A stretch of DNA of 64,000 bases from Bilabrum cf. latius (taxonomy: Eukaryota): contig OZ237752.1 in assembly GCA_965178125.1 (NCBI GenBank), positions 930,001-994,000 on the forward strand, given 5' to 3'. Under the pieces are notes generated by a model. It worked only from the letters and a program-made list of their open reading frames with translations, made no database searches and was not told where the DNA came from. Shown piece by piece: positions 39,601-51,743 of this stretch (its first letter is position 1; each line of letters starts with the position of its first letter). The position numbers were made by a program, and so were the translations under genes.

Positions 39601-41947
39601 GGCGCCTCACCTGGAGGCCGTGGCGGACGGGCTGGGCAGCGGGGATGCGGTGCATGGGGACGGGGAGGGGGAGGGGGAGGGAGCCGAGGGGGCGGGCATT
39701 CTCGCCGTGGCAGACGCCCCTGCGCAGCCCACTCTGGGCGAGGTGCAGTCGAGCGTGACCCAAGAGGACATCGACAAGGTGCGGGAGCTGACAGGGGCCG
39801 GTGCGGGGGCCGGTGCGGGTGCGGGTGCGGGTGGGTGCGGCAAGGCGGGCGGTTCCCCGTGCCCTCCGCTGGTGGTGCATGAGCCGCAGTGCCCATGCCC
39901 TCCGCTGGCGGTGCATGAGCCGCAGTGCCCGTGCTCTGCAGGGAACAAGGCAGCTGCCCCAGGCGCCGAGTGCCAGTGCAAGGCATAGGCACATGCACAG
40001 GCACAGGCAAGCGCGTGCCCTTGCAAGACAAAGTCCTAGTCCCAATCCGCGGGAGGCAAGGCGTGTTCCTGCAGCGAGGGCGCTCACACGGAGACTGGGA
40101 CTGGGCATGAGAACGATGCCGATTCCGCGCCCCCCAAGCAGGACCCTGCAGGCGCCTCTGTGGCAGCCAAGGTGGATGAGGCCGTGGCCCGTGTGAAGCA
40201 CGCCGCCTCTATGGCCGTGGTGGGGGCCAGCAAGCCCAGCCCGCCCGACCCCAGCAAGGAGGAGCAGGGGGGGGACGAGCAGGAGGGCAAGGCTAAGGGA
40301 GAGGGGGAGGAGCAGGAAGAGGAAGCGCCTAAAGAGGCCAGCAAGGACGAGGAGCAGGCCGCGAGTGGCAAGCAGGAGGAGCAGGTGGAAGAGGAAGACA
40401 AGGAGGCCAGCAAGGCACCGAAGGAGGACGGGTAGACAGACGAAGCCGAGGACGAGGCGAACGGCAAGGAGGGGCAGGGGGGAGAGGGAGGGCAGGGCAG
40501 TGCCGAGGACGAGGGCGTGAAAGAGGACGTGAAGGAGGACGCGGAGGGAGAAGTTGAAGAGACGGAGTCGAATGGGAAGGAAGAGGAGCAAGGGCAGCAA
40601 GGGGAGGAGGAGCAAGGGCAGCAAGGGGAGGAGGAGCAAGGGCAGAAAGAGGAAGAAGAGCAAGGGCAGCAAGGGGAGGAGGAGCAAGGGCAGGAAAGGG
40701 AGGAGGAGCAAGGGCAGGAAGGGGAGGAGGAGCAAGGGCAGCAAGGGGAGGAGGAGCAAGGGCAGGAAGAGGAGGAGGAGCAAGGGCAGGAAGAAGAGGG
40801 CAAGGACCAGGGAGGGGAGGAGGAGACTGCCCTACTGCAGCGGCGTGCAGGCAGCACCAGCAGCAGCACTGGCACCCAGCGGGTGCTGCAGATGGAGGGC
40901 ACGGCCCGCTCCCGCGCCAGGGCACAGTCCAAGTCCTAGGCCCACCGGTCCCCCGTGTTCACGGCACTGCAGCGCTTGGAGCGGGACTAGCGGGTGGCGG
41001 AGATGACCCAGCGGCTGCACCGCGAGGAGGACGAGAAGGAGGGCAGGAGACTCAAGGGGCAGTCGGTGGAGGGGGAGGGGGGGCAGCCAGCGCCGACCAT
41101 GTACCTATTCAAGGAGGGCGAGGGTTAGAGCGTGCAGGGGGTGCAGGTGGACGCAAGGAAATCGGTACAGCCACCGCCACCATCCCCCGCGCCGCAGCTG
41201 CCGCCCCCGTCGCAGCTCGCCATTGCTGGGCAGACGCAGGCACAAGTAGCGGCACAGGCAGTGGCACAGGCACAGGCGGTGCCAGTACAGGGTACCCCGG
41301 CATCGCCACCAGCAGCAGTAGCAGCAGCAGCGCCCCCCCCTGCGCCCCCTGTTCCCGGTGCCGCTGGCTCGGACCCCGCTGTGTCCCAGCACGGAGTCGT
41401 CTTCATCCCGGGCAGCGAGCCCAAGCCCAGCGAGCCCACGCCCAGCTGCCCCCAGCAGCAGCAGCAGCAGCAGGCCCCGGCCCCCGTCCTCCGGGGGGCC
41501 TACAGGACCCCTGTCTGCGTGCCCGAGGGGACGCTGCAGCCGGCCCAGGCGAGCCCCTGCCAGCAGAGCCCATGCCAGGAGGGCAGCGGGGAGGGGGAGA
41601 CCACCGAGCCGATGGCCGTGCAGCTGGCCCCGACGCTGGACCCCGGCCTCCCGCAGCTCCCCGGCTCGATTTCCGATTCCGAGTTATCGCACAGCGCAGA
41701 GGGCTCCTCCTCCTTCCACGCGGAGCAGGAGGCCCGGCTCGAGAGGCTGGCGGAGCACACCAGGGACATCTTCGGGGACCCGGAGCCGGAAATGCCCCGG
41801 CAGGTGGTGGAGTGCTGCTGCGAGGCCAAGTGCGAGAGGCCCGCGCCGCCCACGTGCGGATGTGCGGCGCCTGTCGCGGTTGCGGAACCGGCTGCACGCA
41901 TCGTTGTGGCGTCGGAGGGCCTGGCGAAGATACCAGGCAACGCATGA
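36662..41947 (+). CDS. Secreted, ~1760-aa Ala/Glu/Gly-rich low-complexity protein with Cys-Pro clusters
   Basis: Signal peptide MIRRLVLWFAFISLVSFALS. One frame with 10 TAGs (36758, 36992, 37313, 39068, 39986, 40037, 40433, 40937, 40988, 41126) unites six track ORFs. TGA stop. Confidence 0.8.
40578..40800 (+). repeat. 24-bp coding tandem repeat (about 9 units, EEEQGQxx)
   Basis: Recurrent gaggagcaagggcag core with 24-nt period. Confidence 0.85.
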
Positions 41948-42093
41948 GCAGGCTACGGCCCTTATCGCTTCTTTAAATCCTTTCATTGGCATTCGTGTTT
42001 TGACTTAGCTATTTTTTGACCTGTTTGGTCGTGCTTGATAGGCAGTGCTTCGCGATGATTTAAAATCAAAACACTTAATCATGTCAAGCCACC

Positions 42094-43548
42094 TCAGCCG
42101 AGCTCCTTCACCCCGTCGAGTTTGGGAGCCCCCTCTGGCTTTCCAGGCAAATTGCCACTGGTATTGCTGCTGCTCTCACCTGCACCGACTTGCTTGCTAC
42201 CGCCTGTGCCTGTTTGCGATGTGCCGCTCTCCGTCACTTTCGGCACTTGCTCAGTCCCTCCAAGCCCCGCCGCTCTCTGTGTATTGCCTTCATCCCATGC
42301 ACCAGCTTGAAGCTCCTGCCTTGAGTGGGATGTGGAAGCAGACGATAGGCCGATCGGCCCTCCGTCCACCGGTTCGCTCGGTTGCAGAGCTTCGGCCGAC
42401 GAGGCGGCCGCAGCTGCAGATGGCCTAGGCAGCCTTGGAGCGCCAACCAAATCTTTTTGAGGTACGCCGAGCTGCTAGGGCGCAGCAGGGAGCAGCCCAC
42501 CGGAAGTCCTGCCCAAGTGCACCTGCTAGTGCAACCCGATGCGCCTGCTACCAGCACCTGCCTTTTCGGACAGTCCGGCGAGTGCCTTGGCGTGCTCTTC
42601 CAAAGAATTGCCTTCTAGTCCAATATCAGTCGGCGGTGGTAGTTGACTTCGCCCCGTGCTGCCCGATCCACCGCTGCCTGCGGTCCGGCTGGTCGTCCCC
42701 CCGGCGCCGGCTGGCTACCCCATGCTGCTGTACGGCGAGGGATCGCTGCGGAAGCTCCTGCCGCTCCACTGCGCGGGTGGAGACGTATCGTCCTTGGCAA
42801 ATCCTCCTTGGCTGGAGTCCCATCTCTCCGGGATCGTGACCCGCCCGCTGCTTTGCTCGGTGCTCGCCATCGGGGTCGCTTGCAGCGAGGTGCCGTCAGG
42901 CCCACCGATGCCGTATTCCCCCGCGCCAAACCCTGGCGGGAGAGACAGTCGATACTGAGTGCTTCCAGCTTGTGGGGCGTAGCCTCCGGTCGGCCGTCCC
43001 ACGGCGGGCATCTGCAGCATCATGCCAGTGGGAGCAGACGACATCATGCCAGCGGCTGACTGTTCCACCCGATGGCCTTGGGGCCCGTTGGCGCGGGCAC
43101 CCGGCCCACCGCCGACTGGTGTGCTACTTGATGCAAAGTTATGAAACTAGTGGTCCATGCCACCGAACGACACTCCTGCCCGGGAGCCAGCGGCCCCGTC
43201 TGAGGCTCCCAATGTACCGCGCTGGGCTGATGGGCTGCGAGCATAGTGCATCGCCGCCTCACCAAGAGGGATGCGAAGGGCGGGCGCGTCTACAGGTGGC
43301 GCACCGGGTGTTCTGATAGATTCTATTGCGTTTTCCAGCCCCCTCACTGCCCTGGCGGCCTCGCGAACTCTTCGTGAGACCGAAGCAATCTAACTCTGAG
43401 TGACCTCGTCCTCATCGCCATCCTCGATCCGCGCGATAAGTTCGCTAGAAAGTTCCATTACATCATTCCAGCGCGCCTCTCCGACTCGAATCTCGCTCTT
43501 CTTCCCGCGCCGCCCGCCTTTGCGGCGAGGCCTAGACCGGCGGTTCAT
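42094..43548 (-). CDS. Hypothetical disordered protein with basic N-terminus
   Basis: Four track ORFs in one frame joined through TAGs at 43390, 43147, 42715, 42526 and 42475. TGA at 42094. Confidence 0.7.
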
Positions 43549-44153
43549 TCTGGCGTTTTCGGGTGGCTTACGTGCCACGGACAGCAAAGGCGGCAGGTGC
43601 GAGCCGGAACAAATCAAAAGATATATTAAAATATTTTGAGGTCAAACCACTCGTACACCTACACCGGTTCAGGTTGGCTTTGTGAATGATGACGGATCCC
43701 GCAGATAGGTGAACGAACGGATTCGGCAATGATTGCAAACCCGACGGCTGGCTTTATCTCGGTCCGCGTCTACATGGATGACATTTGAGGCCATTCGTTG
43801 AATAGGGAGTGTTGATATCATGGTATCTAGTCATGTGTGCACCGAAGGCGCTGGCAATACGTATACAACACCTGTACAGCCGGTGATCCTCGGCGGCCGC
43901 AAGCCACCTAGAGGAGCTCGTTGAAGCATGGCGACAGCACCAGATCTAGTTTGCACCCATCTGTGACTTTGTGCACCACGTCGACTACAAATAGCAGTGG
44001 CCGGTGGCAGTATTAAAGCATAGAAGCTGCATCGAAAAGCGCCCTTCCGTGCGAATGCTGAAGGGTGAAGCAAGGTGCAGTGCCCGCTGATATGTGGATC
44101 CCGCCTACTTGTCGGCGGCATTCAAAGTATTATGGGATTGACAAAGCTCGAAT

Positions 44154-47100
44154 TCATTTGGTCGGCTTCGCCCCGGCAAACGCTTCCTGCTGCTGCTTGA
44201 GCACTCGCTCCGCCTCGCTCTGGGCCTGCAGAAACCTGTCCCTCCTGCGCCCCTCCACGTCCTTGTAGAACGGGCTGTGCGTGTCCGTGAGGATGAGCTC
44301 TTCCAGGAAGGACCTGGGCGTCTGCAGCGACGTGGACCCCACCACGATCTCCCGCCCTAGCTCCTTGCCGGCTCTTCGAAGCGACTGCAGCTCGTGCGGC
44401 GATACGCCCCCCAGCACGAACACGATGATGCGCCCCCCCGTGCATCGGATGGGAGGGTCCTCCTGCCGGGCGTTCTCCCGGAGCCACTTGTCACTCCACA
44501 CCACACCCCCCTTTGCCTTGCCAGCCCGAGACCCGTCCCCCGAGCTCCCGGCTTCGTGGCCCCCCGCCGCACCCCCCCTCGTCTATCCCCCCCCCACGTC
44601 ATCATCGTCGTCCTCCTCCTGCTCGATCGCAGCGAAGCCCGACCCTCCAGGCAGCCCGAGGTCAAACGTGCCGACACCTCCGAATTGAGAGCCCAGCTGC
44701 AGACCTACGCCCTGCCCCGACCCCGGCCCCGAGCCCTAGCCCGAGCCGGGACTCTTGGACGACGACGAGGAGCCCGCCCCCGCCCCGCCCCGGCTGCCAG
44801 AGGCCGCCTCGTTCCGGATCCTGGCCGCCTCCGACGCCTCCAGCAGCACCTGCCTCGCCCTGGAAGCATCGCTCTCACTCGCCCTCTCCTCCCCCTCCTC
44901 GCCCCGCACGGGCACGAACCCGAGCTCGGGCAGGATGGCAGGGTCCCGGATGAACTTGCGGACCACCCTCTCGATCCTAGACTGGAACCGCAGCTGGGGA
45001 ACATGCACCTCGGGGCCCTCACCGGTTGCAACCTCCTCCGACGGGTGCTCCAGCTCAGCCTCGGCGGACTCCTCCGTCACCACGGGGGCAGAGTCCGCGG
45101 TGCTGGCCCTGGAGGAGGCCTGCGTGGTGATGAAGAGGTTGATGAGGCTGGTGATGCACTGCTGCATCACGGGGGCGAGTCCAGCCAGGTCGAAGAGGCG
45201 CTGCCGCTCTGCGGCAGACACGCCGTCCGTGCATGTGAGCTCGTGCAGCAGCAGCAGCCTCGCTTTCTGCTGCTGGCTCAGCGACTCCCGCTGCACCATC
45301 TCCTGCACCTTGCTCGCCTGCTTCTTCCCAAACATGCCCACCTTCTGCTGGATGCACATGCTCTCCTGCAGTTCGATGAGGTCTCTGAGCTCGTGCCTGT
45401 CGCCCCGGGGGAGTCCCAGCGAGGCCGCGCTGGCGAGCAGCACGTTGTTGAGGGCGAAATGGCTCACGTACTGGGCGTCCCACTCGGGGGCACCCTTGGC
45501 CTGCTGGGCCACCGCCAGCCGCTGCAGCGACTGCAGGTCCCCTTTCGCCTTGAGCTGGTCCTGCATGGCCTCGTCCCCCTTTCGCACCCGCATCCAGGCA
45601 TTGAGCCTCTCCTGGGCTCGGGACATGGGCAGGTGCTGCAGCTTGGCCCAGACCCTGTCCTTGCGATCCAGGCTCGCAATCCGCGTAACATTTCTGAACT
45701 GAAACACCAGAGGCAGGCCCGGGGTCCAGTCCGCCAGATCCACCACTGCCTCCCCGTAGCTGGCCCCGTGCAGCAGGGGGGCGAGCACGTCATCCACGCG
45801 CTCCACTACCAGCAGGGTACCGCGCTCCGTGGGGGGGCCCCGCCCGCTCTTGTGTTCCCTGGCGGCGCGCAGGGCGGCCGCAGTGACGACAGCATCCCTG
45901 GATTTTCCGGCCGTTGCCCCTGCCCCTGCTGCTGCGGCGCCGCTCATCTCGTCCACCTTGCGGGCGGCCGCCGCTGCCTCCGCCTCGGGGCCCGCTTTCA
46001 GCTCTTCCACATAAGCCTGTGCCCACGCTGCAGATCCCACGGGTTTGAAACCATCTCCTGCCGCCTTTGTGAGCATATCCAGGTACTCCTGCGTCTTGGT
46101 TGCGAGCCTCTGGGCGAAGGACGTGCCCCTGAATCCCCTGTGCGCGGCCATACGGGAGCTGAAGTACGAGACTCGGGGCCGCTCGTTGACGGCCACGAGC
46201 GTCTGCGCCAGCTTCCAGGCGTATTCCTGCAGCTCGTTGTCGATGTCGGCTTCCTTGCGGCGGAGGATCTGCTGCGCGCTCTCGTCCTCATCCGGAGCCG
46301 ACCGCACCCGAAGTCGGTCGGAGCGGTAGAGCCGGGCCATGACTCCGACCCAGTCCTGTTTGCCCACCCTGTTGCTGCCCCGGATGGTGAAGAAATCGTC
46401 ATCCTCAGCCATGACCGAGGCCAGGCAGGTGAGCGGGCCCCTGGCGTGCGGCATCTGGAGGTGTCTCGAGAGGCGGGCCGCGGGCTGGCCCTTCTCCATG
46501 CTCTTGCTCAGGGCCCGCATGAACTGGACCACGGTGCTCTGGCCCGAGGCGGCAGGGCGCACGGGGTTGAGGAGCAGCCTGCACTCGCCGACTCTGGGTG
46601 GCTCCTCCTTCACGTCGATTCCCTCGAACAGGCAGGGGCAGCAGCTCTCCATCCAGGCCAAAGAGTCGCCTTCCTGCTCCTGCTTCTGCTTGATCTCCAG
46701 CAGGGCCCGCTCCCGCTGGCTCTCGTAGTCCCCCAGGATCCGCATGAGGTTCTCCTTGTTGGACTTGCACAGGTACAGGGCGGGCACCGGGTAGATCGGC
46801 TTGCGGCGCGAGCCGGAGGCGTACAGGTCCGCCGGTACCATGCTCTGGATTGCTGCGAGGTTATGACAGAAACTCGAAATTACTTAGAAGCCGTTCTGAG
46901 GAGTTATGCAGGAATACTCTGCTTTGGGTGAACTTAGGCAGGCAAACGAACGAAGTGTTTGCGAGCCTCAAGCAACGCAGCACTGCTATTTCGCATTGGT
47001 GCAAACGAATAGCATGCAGAGTATCCAAGAATCCGCCGGAATTTGGTCTTGGTACTGCGTACAGGGTGCATTGGCGGGACGATCCGCCGGTTGCTGCCTC

Positions 47101-47376
47101 ACTCATCACTCCGCTTGTATACAGTCGAATGGGGTCCATGCAGCTCTGAATCATGTGAACGCAATCAATGTCAGCGATTAGCACAACGTTCTTCCCTCCC
47201 CTCGCGAGATTGATCCTATTGAGTACATCTGCGAGGACAAACTCAACGAAAACGGCAACCAGCTCGGTGGGCGTGTCAAGGTGGTATCGCCCAACGGTCA
47301 TGCCCTTCGTGTTCTCACGATCAGCAATAAGATCTCTGAATGGAGCCCTGCTCAGCGGCTGCAGTGGGTCGGCCAT
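44154..47376 (-). CDS. Sec1/Munc18 (SM) family protein
   Basis: KNVVLIAD, RRKPIYPVPALYL, LLVVERVDDVLAPLLH...Y and GRIIVFVLGGVS..E...EIVVGSTSLQTPRSFLEEL. Intron 46853-47102. TAGs at 44736 and 44583. TGA stop. Confidence 0.88.
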
Positions 47377-47527
47377 CCTACAATAGGCTGCAAACTTCAG
47401 TGCAACTTGCTCGAGAGAGTGCTGGGCGCCGCGCATTCACGCCACGTGGTTCCGCAATCGGCGAGAAGCAACAACAGCATAATTACGGCCCTTCGCACCC
47501 TGTGGCCCGGTTCGGACGCTGCAAAAT

Positions 47528-47970
47528 ATGATTATCCCGGTTCGATGCTTCACATGCGGCAAGGTGAGCAGCGCTCACACTTGCTGTCGCCCTGGACTTA
47601 TGCTGTGACCATTCATTCCTCGCCCATTTGTGATGCTCGTATGATTTTGTGCAGGTAGTCGGCAATAAGTACTAGGCATATTTGCGAATGGTTATGGATG
47701 GGACGACTGAGGCGTGAGACTGTTTGCTCAACTTTCACTTCGTGATCCGTATGGGCTCTTCTACACAACGTGCCCCAGTTGCAATCTGACAGTGCTTCGA
47801 TCTCGATACTACGCAGTGACGCGATGAATAATTTGGGACTGGACAGGTACTGCTGCAGGCGAATGGTATGCACACACGTTGACCTCATTGACCAGCTGCT
47901 GCAGTATTCGACGCTTGCGAAGAAGCCCACGGGAACGGAGGCCGCCAGCGGTGCCGGTGCCGGCCGATGA
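47528..47970 (+). CDS. RPB10: RNA polymerases I/II/III subunit RPABC5 (Rpb10)
   Basis: [21 protein letters not shown]...[33 protein letters not shown]. Introns 47564-47654 and 47714-47816. TAG at 47673, TGA stop. Confidence 0.96.
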
Positions 47971-48102
47971 TCACTGGGCGTGAATTGAATCGACATCCAG
48001 GAACTTTAAAGTGTGCGATTGTTAATCGTTTTGTGTACCCCCTATGCATCATCGAGTTCTCGTCACTGGAAGGGCGCTGCTCGTCCTGCTCCTCTAGCTC
48101 AC

Positions 48103-51100
48103 TCACTGCCTGTGCCGGCCGTCCTCTCCCAACTCGCCACTGCCAGCGGCAGCACCACTGCCACTGCCAGCCAACCGCCCAGCCCGGGGTCCCGACCGGG
48201 TCACCACCTCGACAGGGTTGCTCAGCTCAACCAGGTTCCCGTCCGGGTCTCGAAAGTACACGCTATCGATCGGCCCTCCGCTCGACCCGTGGTCCAAATG
48301 GAGCTGGCCGGCCACGCCAACAGCGCTGCTGCTGACGCTACCAGTCGTACGCGGCCGTTTTCCCGGACGCCCACGATCATCCCACTCCCCACCACCACCC
48401 TCACTCGTCACAGCACCACCGTCTCTCGCCATCGTGCCTGGGAGTGATGGTCCAGAGGCACTCGCCCCGGTTGCTACTGATGTTGCCGCTGCTGTCGCCA
48501 AACCCCTGGACTGCCCCTTCCCTTTGCCCTTGCCCTTCCCCTTGCCCTTCCCCTTGCCCTTTCCTGCCACCGCACCACTGCCACCACCCGGCCATCCCCC
48601 GCCGGGCACCACTGCGTCCAGCGCCAGCGTCGGCCCAGAGGTGCCAAGCCTCGCCGCCACCCCGGGGTCGATCCCCACCTCCACCTCCACATCGTACCCG
48701 TGGTGCTCCTACCGCCGCCCCAGCGTCAGCACCTGCATGTCCTGGGCGCACACCACGCGTCCCTCCATGGCGACGGGAAGGCGCGTGACCGCCGGCGCCT
48801 GCTCCTCCCCCTGCAGCGGGACGACGTGCGGCCCCGAGGTGGGGTCCAGCGGTAGGCTGCTCTGCTCTGGGCCTAGCAACAGCTGGCTCGCCAGTGCGCC
48901 GCCATCCTCACCCGAACCCGAACCTGACTCCGGACCCGGAACCGCACTCGTCACATCGCCAACCCCACCGCACTCGTCACGCAGCACGTCCCTCAGCATC
49001 GCCCTCAGCCTGTCCACGTGGGGGGGCCCCCTGCCCCCATCGTCCCCCACGCCCCCCATCCCGCCCACAGCCGCCCGCACGATCTCCTTCATGCCCCCCA
49101 GGCCCCTCCGCCCTGACGAGTACCTGCTGGACAGGTGGTTCAGCAGCAGGGTGCGGGCCCCCACGGCGCGAGCCACCTCGCCCGCCATGCGCGCTGTCGA
49201 GTGCCCGTGCTGCACGGTGCGGGTTCTGATCCTGCGCTCGGCGTCGGGGCCCGTCGCACCCGCCGCCACGTCGTGTGACGTCAGCGAGTTGGTGGCCTCG
49301 TGCACGAGGAGGTCGCAGCCGCGGGCGGCCCGCAGCAGCTGCGGAGATACCCTGCAGGTGTCCCCGAAGATGGCCAGCTTCCTGCCCCGCACGGGCGGGC
49401 TGATGTGGGAGGGGTCCTCGGGGTCCAGCACGGCGCCGTCGGGCAGCTCCACCCTCTCCCCCGCCCTGAGGCGCCCCACCAGCACCATGGGATTCCGCAG
49501 GCCCATTTGTTCCCTGATGGCCTCGCTGTTCCTCTCCAGGAGCGGCTTGACCGCCTCGATCTGCACGTTGCCCCGTCTCGAGGCCTCCTCCACGACGTAC
49601 CCCAGGCTGGGGACGGGGTGCCGCAGGGGACCCGCCACCACCTTGGGGTGGCCGTGGGGGAGCGTCCGCAGCCGCGGGTGGGAGGAAGGCCCCTCCTCCT
49701 CGTTTTTGTTCCCTGGAACGACCTCCACGAAGGTGGACGCGCTGCCCCCGCCGTTCTGGTCCGCAGCATCGGCGCGCAGAGGGAGGTGCCATAGCCCGTC
49801 AGACTCGCTGGGTCCCACCGCGCGGAGGGTCAGCTGCGGGCAAAACCCGTTCTACGAGAGACCAGCCCGCGACTCGTACAGGATGTTGCACTCCGGGTCT
49901 TCCCCCCAGGCCGCGTCCCGCTCCATGCTCGCATCCAGCTGCACGCCGCCCATGGGCCCGCACTCGCCCAGCGGCCCGGCACCGTACTGCGCCCCGAGCC
50001 CCCGGAAAAAATCGAGCGTGAACCGACCCTCGGACACCCCGGCGCCCCACGGGGTCTCGCAGGGCCAGTCCTCGTCCTAGTCGTGGAGCCCGTGCGCGAC
50101 CGTGCCTCTTGTGCTGGTGCTGGTGCTGGTGCCGACGGGTCGGGGCGAAGACGAGGACGAAGCCTCGCCGCTCTTTCCCCCTGCCCCTTGCTTGTTCCCT
50201 GGGCCAGGGTGCAGCTCGACGATTTCCAGCGGCAGCGTCAAGAAGGCGTAGGAAGACCCCAGCGAGCCCAGCACCATGGATGCGAGGCCTGGTGGCCCGA
50301 CCAGGGTCAGCACTCGGTCGTCCAGGGCCTCTGCCAGCTGCTTGCGGGCCTTGGAGAGGTCCGAGAGGGCTGCATGCAGCGCACTGCGGTGCGGCTCGTC
50401 CTCGCCACTCCCGCCCTCCGCAGATGCCCCTGCTCTCATTCCTGCGCCAGAAGCTCCATCTGCCCCCGCCCCTGCCCCCGCCTCGCTCCCGATGGCCTCT
50501 GCCTCACGGAGCGCGTCGAGGATGGACTCGGCCTCGTCCTCCTCGCCCTGTTCCCCCTGTTCCCCCTGTCCCTCTTCCTAGCCCTGTTCCCCCTGTTCCG
50601 CCTCAGCCTGGGCCTTGGCCTGCGTGTCACTGGAGTGCAGTGCACCTGCAGCGGGGTCCACTGACTCGCCGGATCCCTCCGATGCATCGCCCACCGCCAG
50701 CCCCTTGGCCTCCACCACCTCAGCCCTTGCCTGCCTGACCCTCGCCACGGCCTGCACGAGCGCCTGCCGCAGGATCTGCAGGTGACCCCCCGTGGCCGAG
50801 ATGGAGCACAGCATGCCGGGCAATCCATACGTGTGATCTCCGTGCATGTGCGTGATTAGAATGCAAGAGACTCTGCGTGTTCGCGCCACGCTGCATCGCT
50901 GGAGCTGGTGCTGGGTAGCCTCCCCGCAGTCCACAAGCCAGACGGCCCCCGAGCCCCAGCGAATAGCTGCCCCCGAGACATTGCGGGTTGCCGTCGGGGC
51001 GGCCGATGATGTGCCCAGTGATATGTAGCCAAGCTTCCAATTCAGCATGTTGTGCTGCGCCTCTGTCTGGGCCGGCAGCTTCTGGTTTCGGCTTCCCTTG

Positions 51101-51534
51101 TGGCGACCAGGGAGGCTCGGAGGCTTCGCACTTCTACTCGACAGAGGATCTCCGTGCGGATTGCGTTGATTTTGTCTCTTTTTCGTGTGTTTTGTGCCGG
51201 TGCTGGGCCCTGCTGTGCTAGAATTGCGCCCAGTGCGCCGACCTGGCGCCCTTGGGTGCGGCTGCCCTCTGGCCTGATTTGGACCGCTTACAGCTGCTGT
51301 GTCAACGGACTAGTCTAGTAGCTCCCAACCCCCGTCGGCGTTACCAATACCGCTAGAGCAAAGTTGCTTGCCCGAAGTGCAGATGCCCCGAGCGGCTCCT
51401 CGAGGCACACGCCCGTGTGCAGATACGAAATTGAGGTGAGGCAGTCCACTGCAGCTGCTGATAGAAATCCTGCAAAGAAGGCTGGTCCTGTTGTGAGGAC
51501 CGATGCGGCGGGTGCCGCGGCTCGCAAACCGCAT
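48103..51534 (-). CDS. Short-form RNase Z (tRNase Z) with putative mitochondrial presequence and C-terminal glyoxalase/VOC-like fragment
   Basis: LGTSSAAPTATRNVS, LVDCGEATQ, THMHGDH, GRKLAIFGDT, HEAT, HGHST and NHLSSRY motifs in one frame broken only by TAGs (51310, 50578, 50077, 49852, 48709). TGA at 48103. Start uncertain (51534 or 51048). Confidence 0.85.
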
Positions 51535-51743
51535 TCGATAGTGGAACGAGATCCGGGCGGGGCAAGGCTGCGGGTGGTGTGATGAGTGCAATTTCTTGAG
51601 CACCATGTTGTCATGTTGTCGTCGTTGTGTTGTGGCCAACCAACCGAATACGGCAGCTTTGGGGTTCGGCCGGCAACTTCCAAGCAAGCCAGCGGCACGA
51701 CTCGAGTGGCAGCTGCATGTCCAGCAGGCCGCCAAGACCTCTC

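Noticed and set aside
43549-44153. tRNA (e.g. suppressor tRNA-Gln CUA) or other ncRNA in intergenic gaps
   Set aside because: I could not recognise a cloverleaf or A/B boxes by eye here or in other gaps. A covariance-model search is needed.
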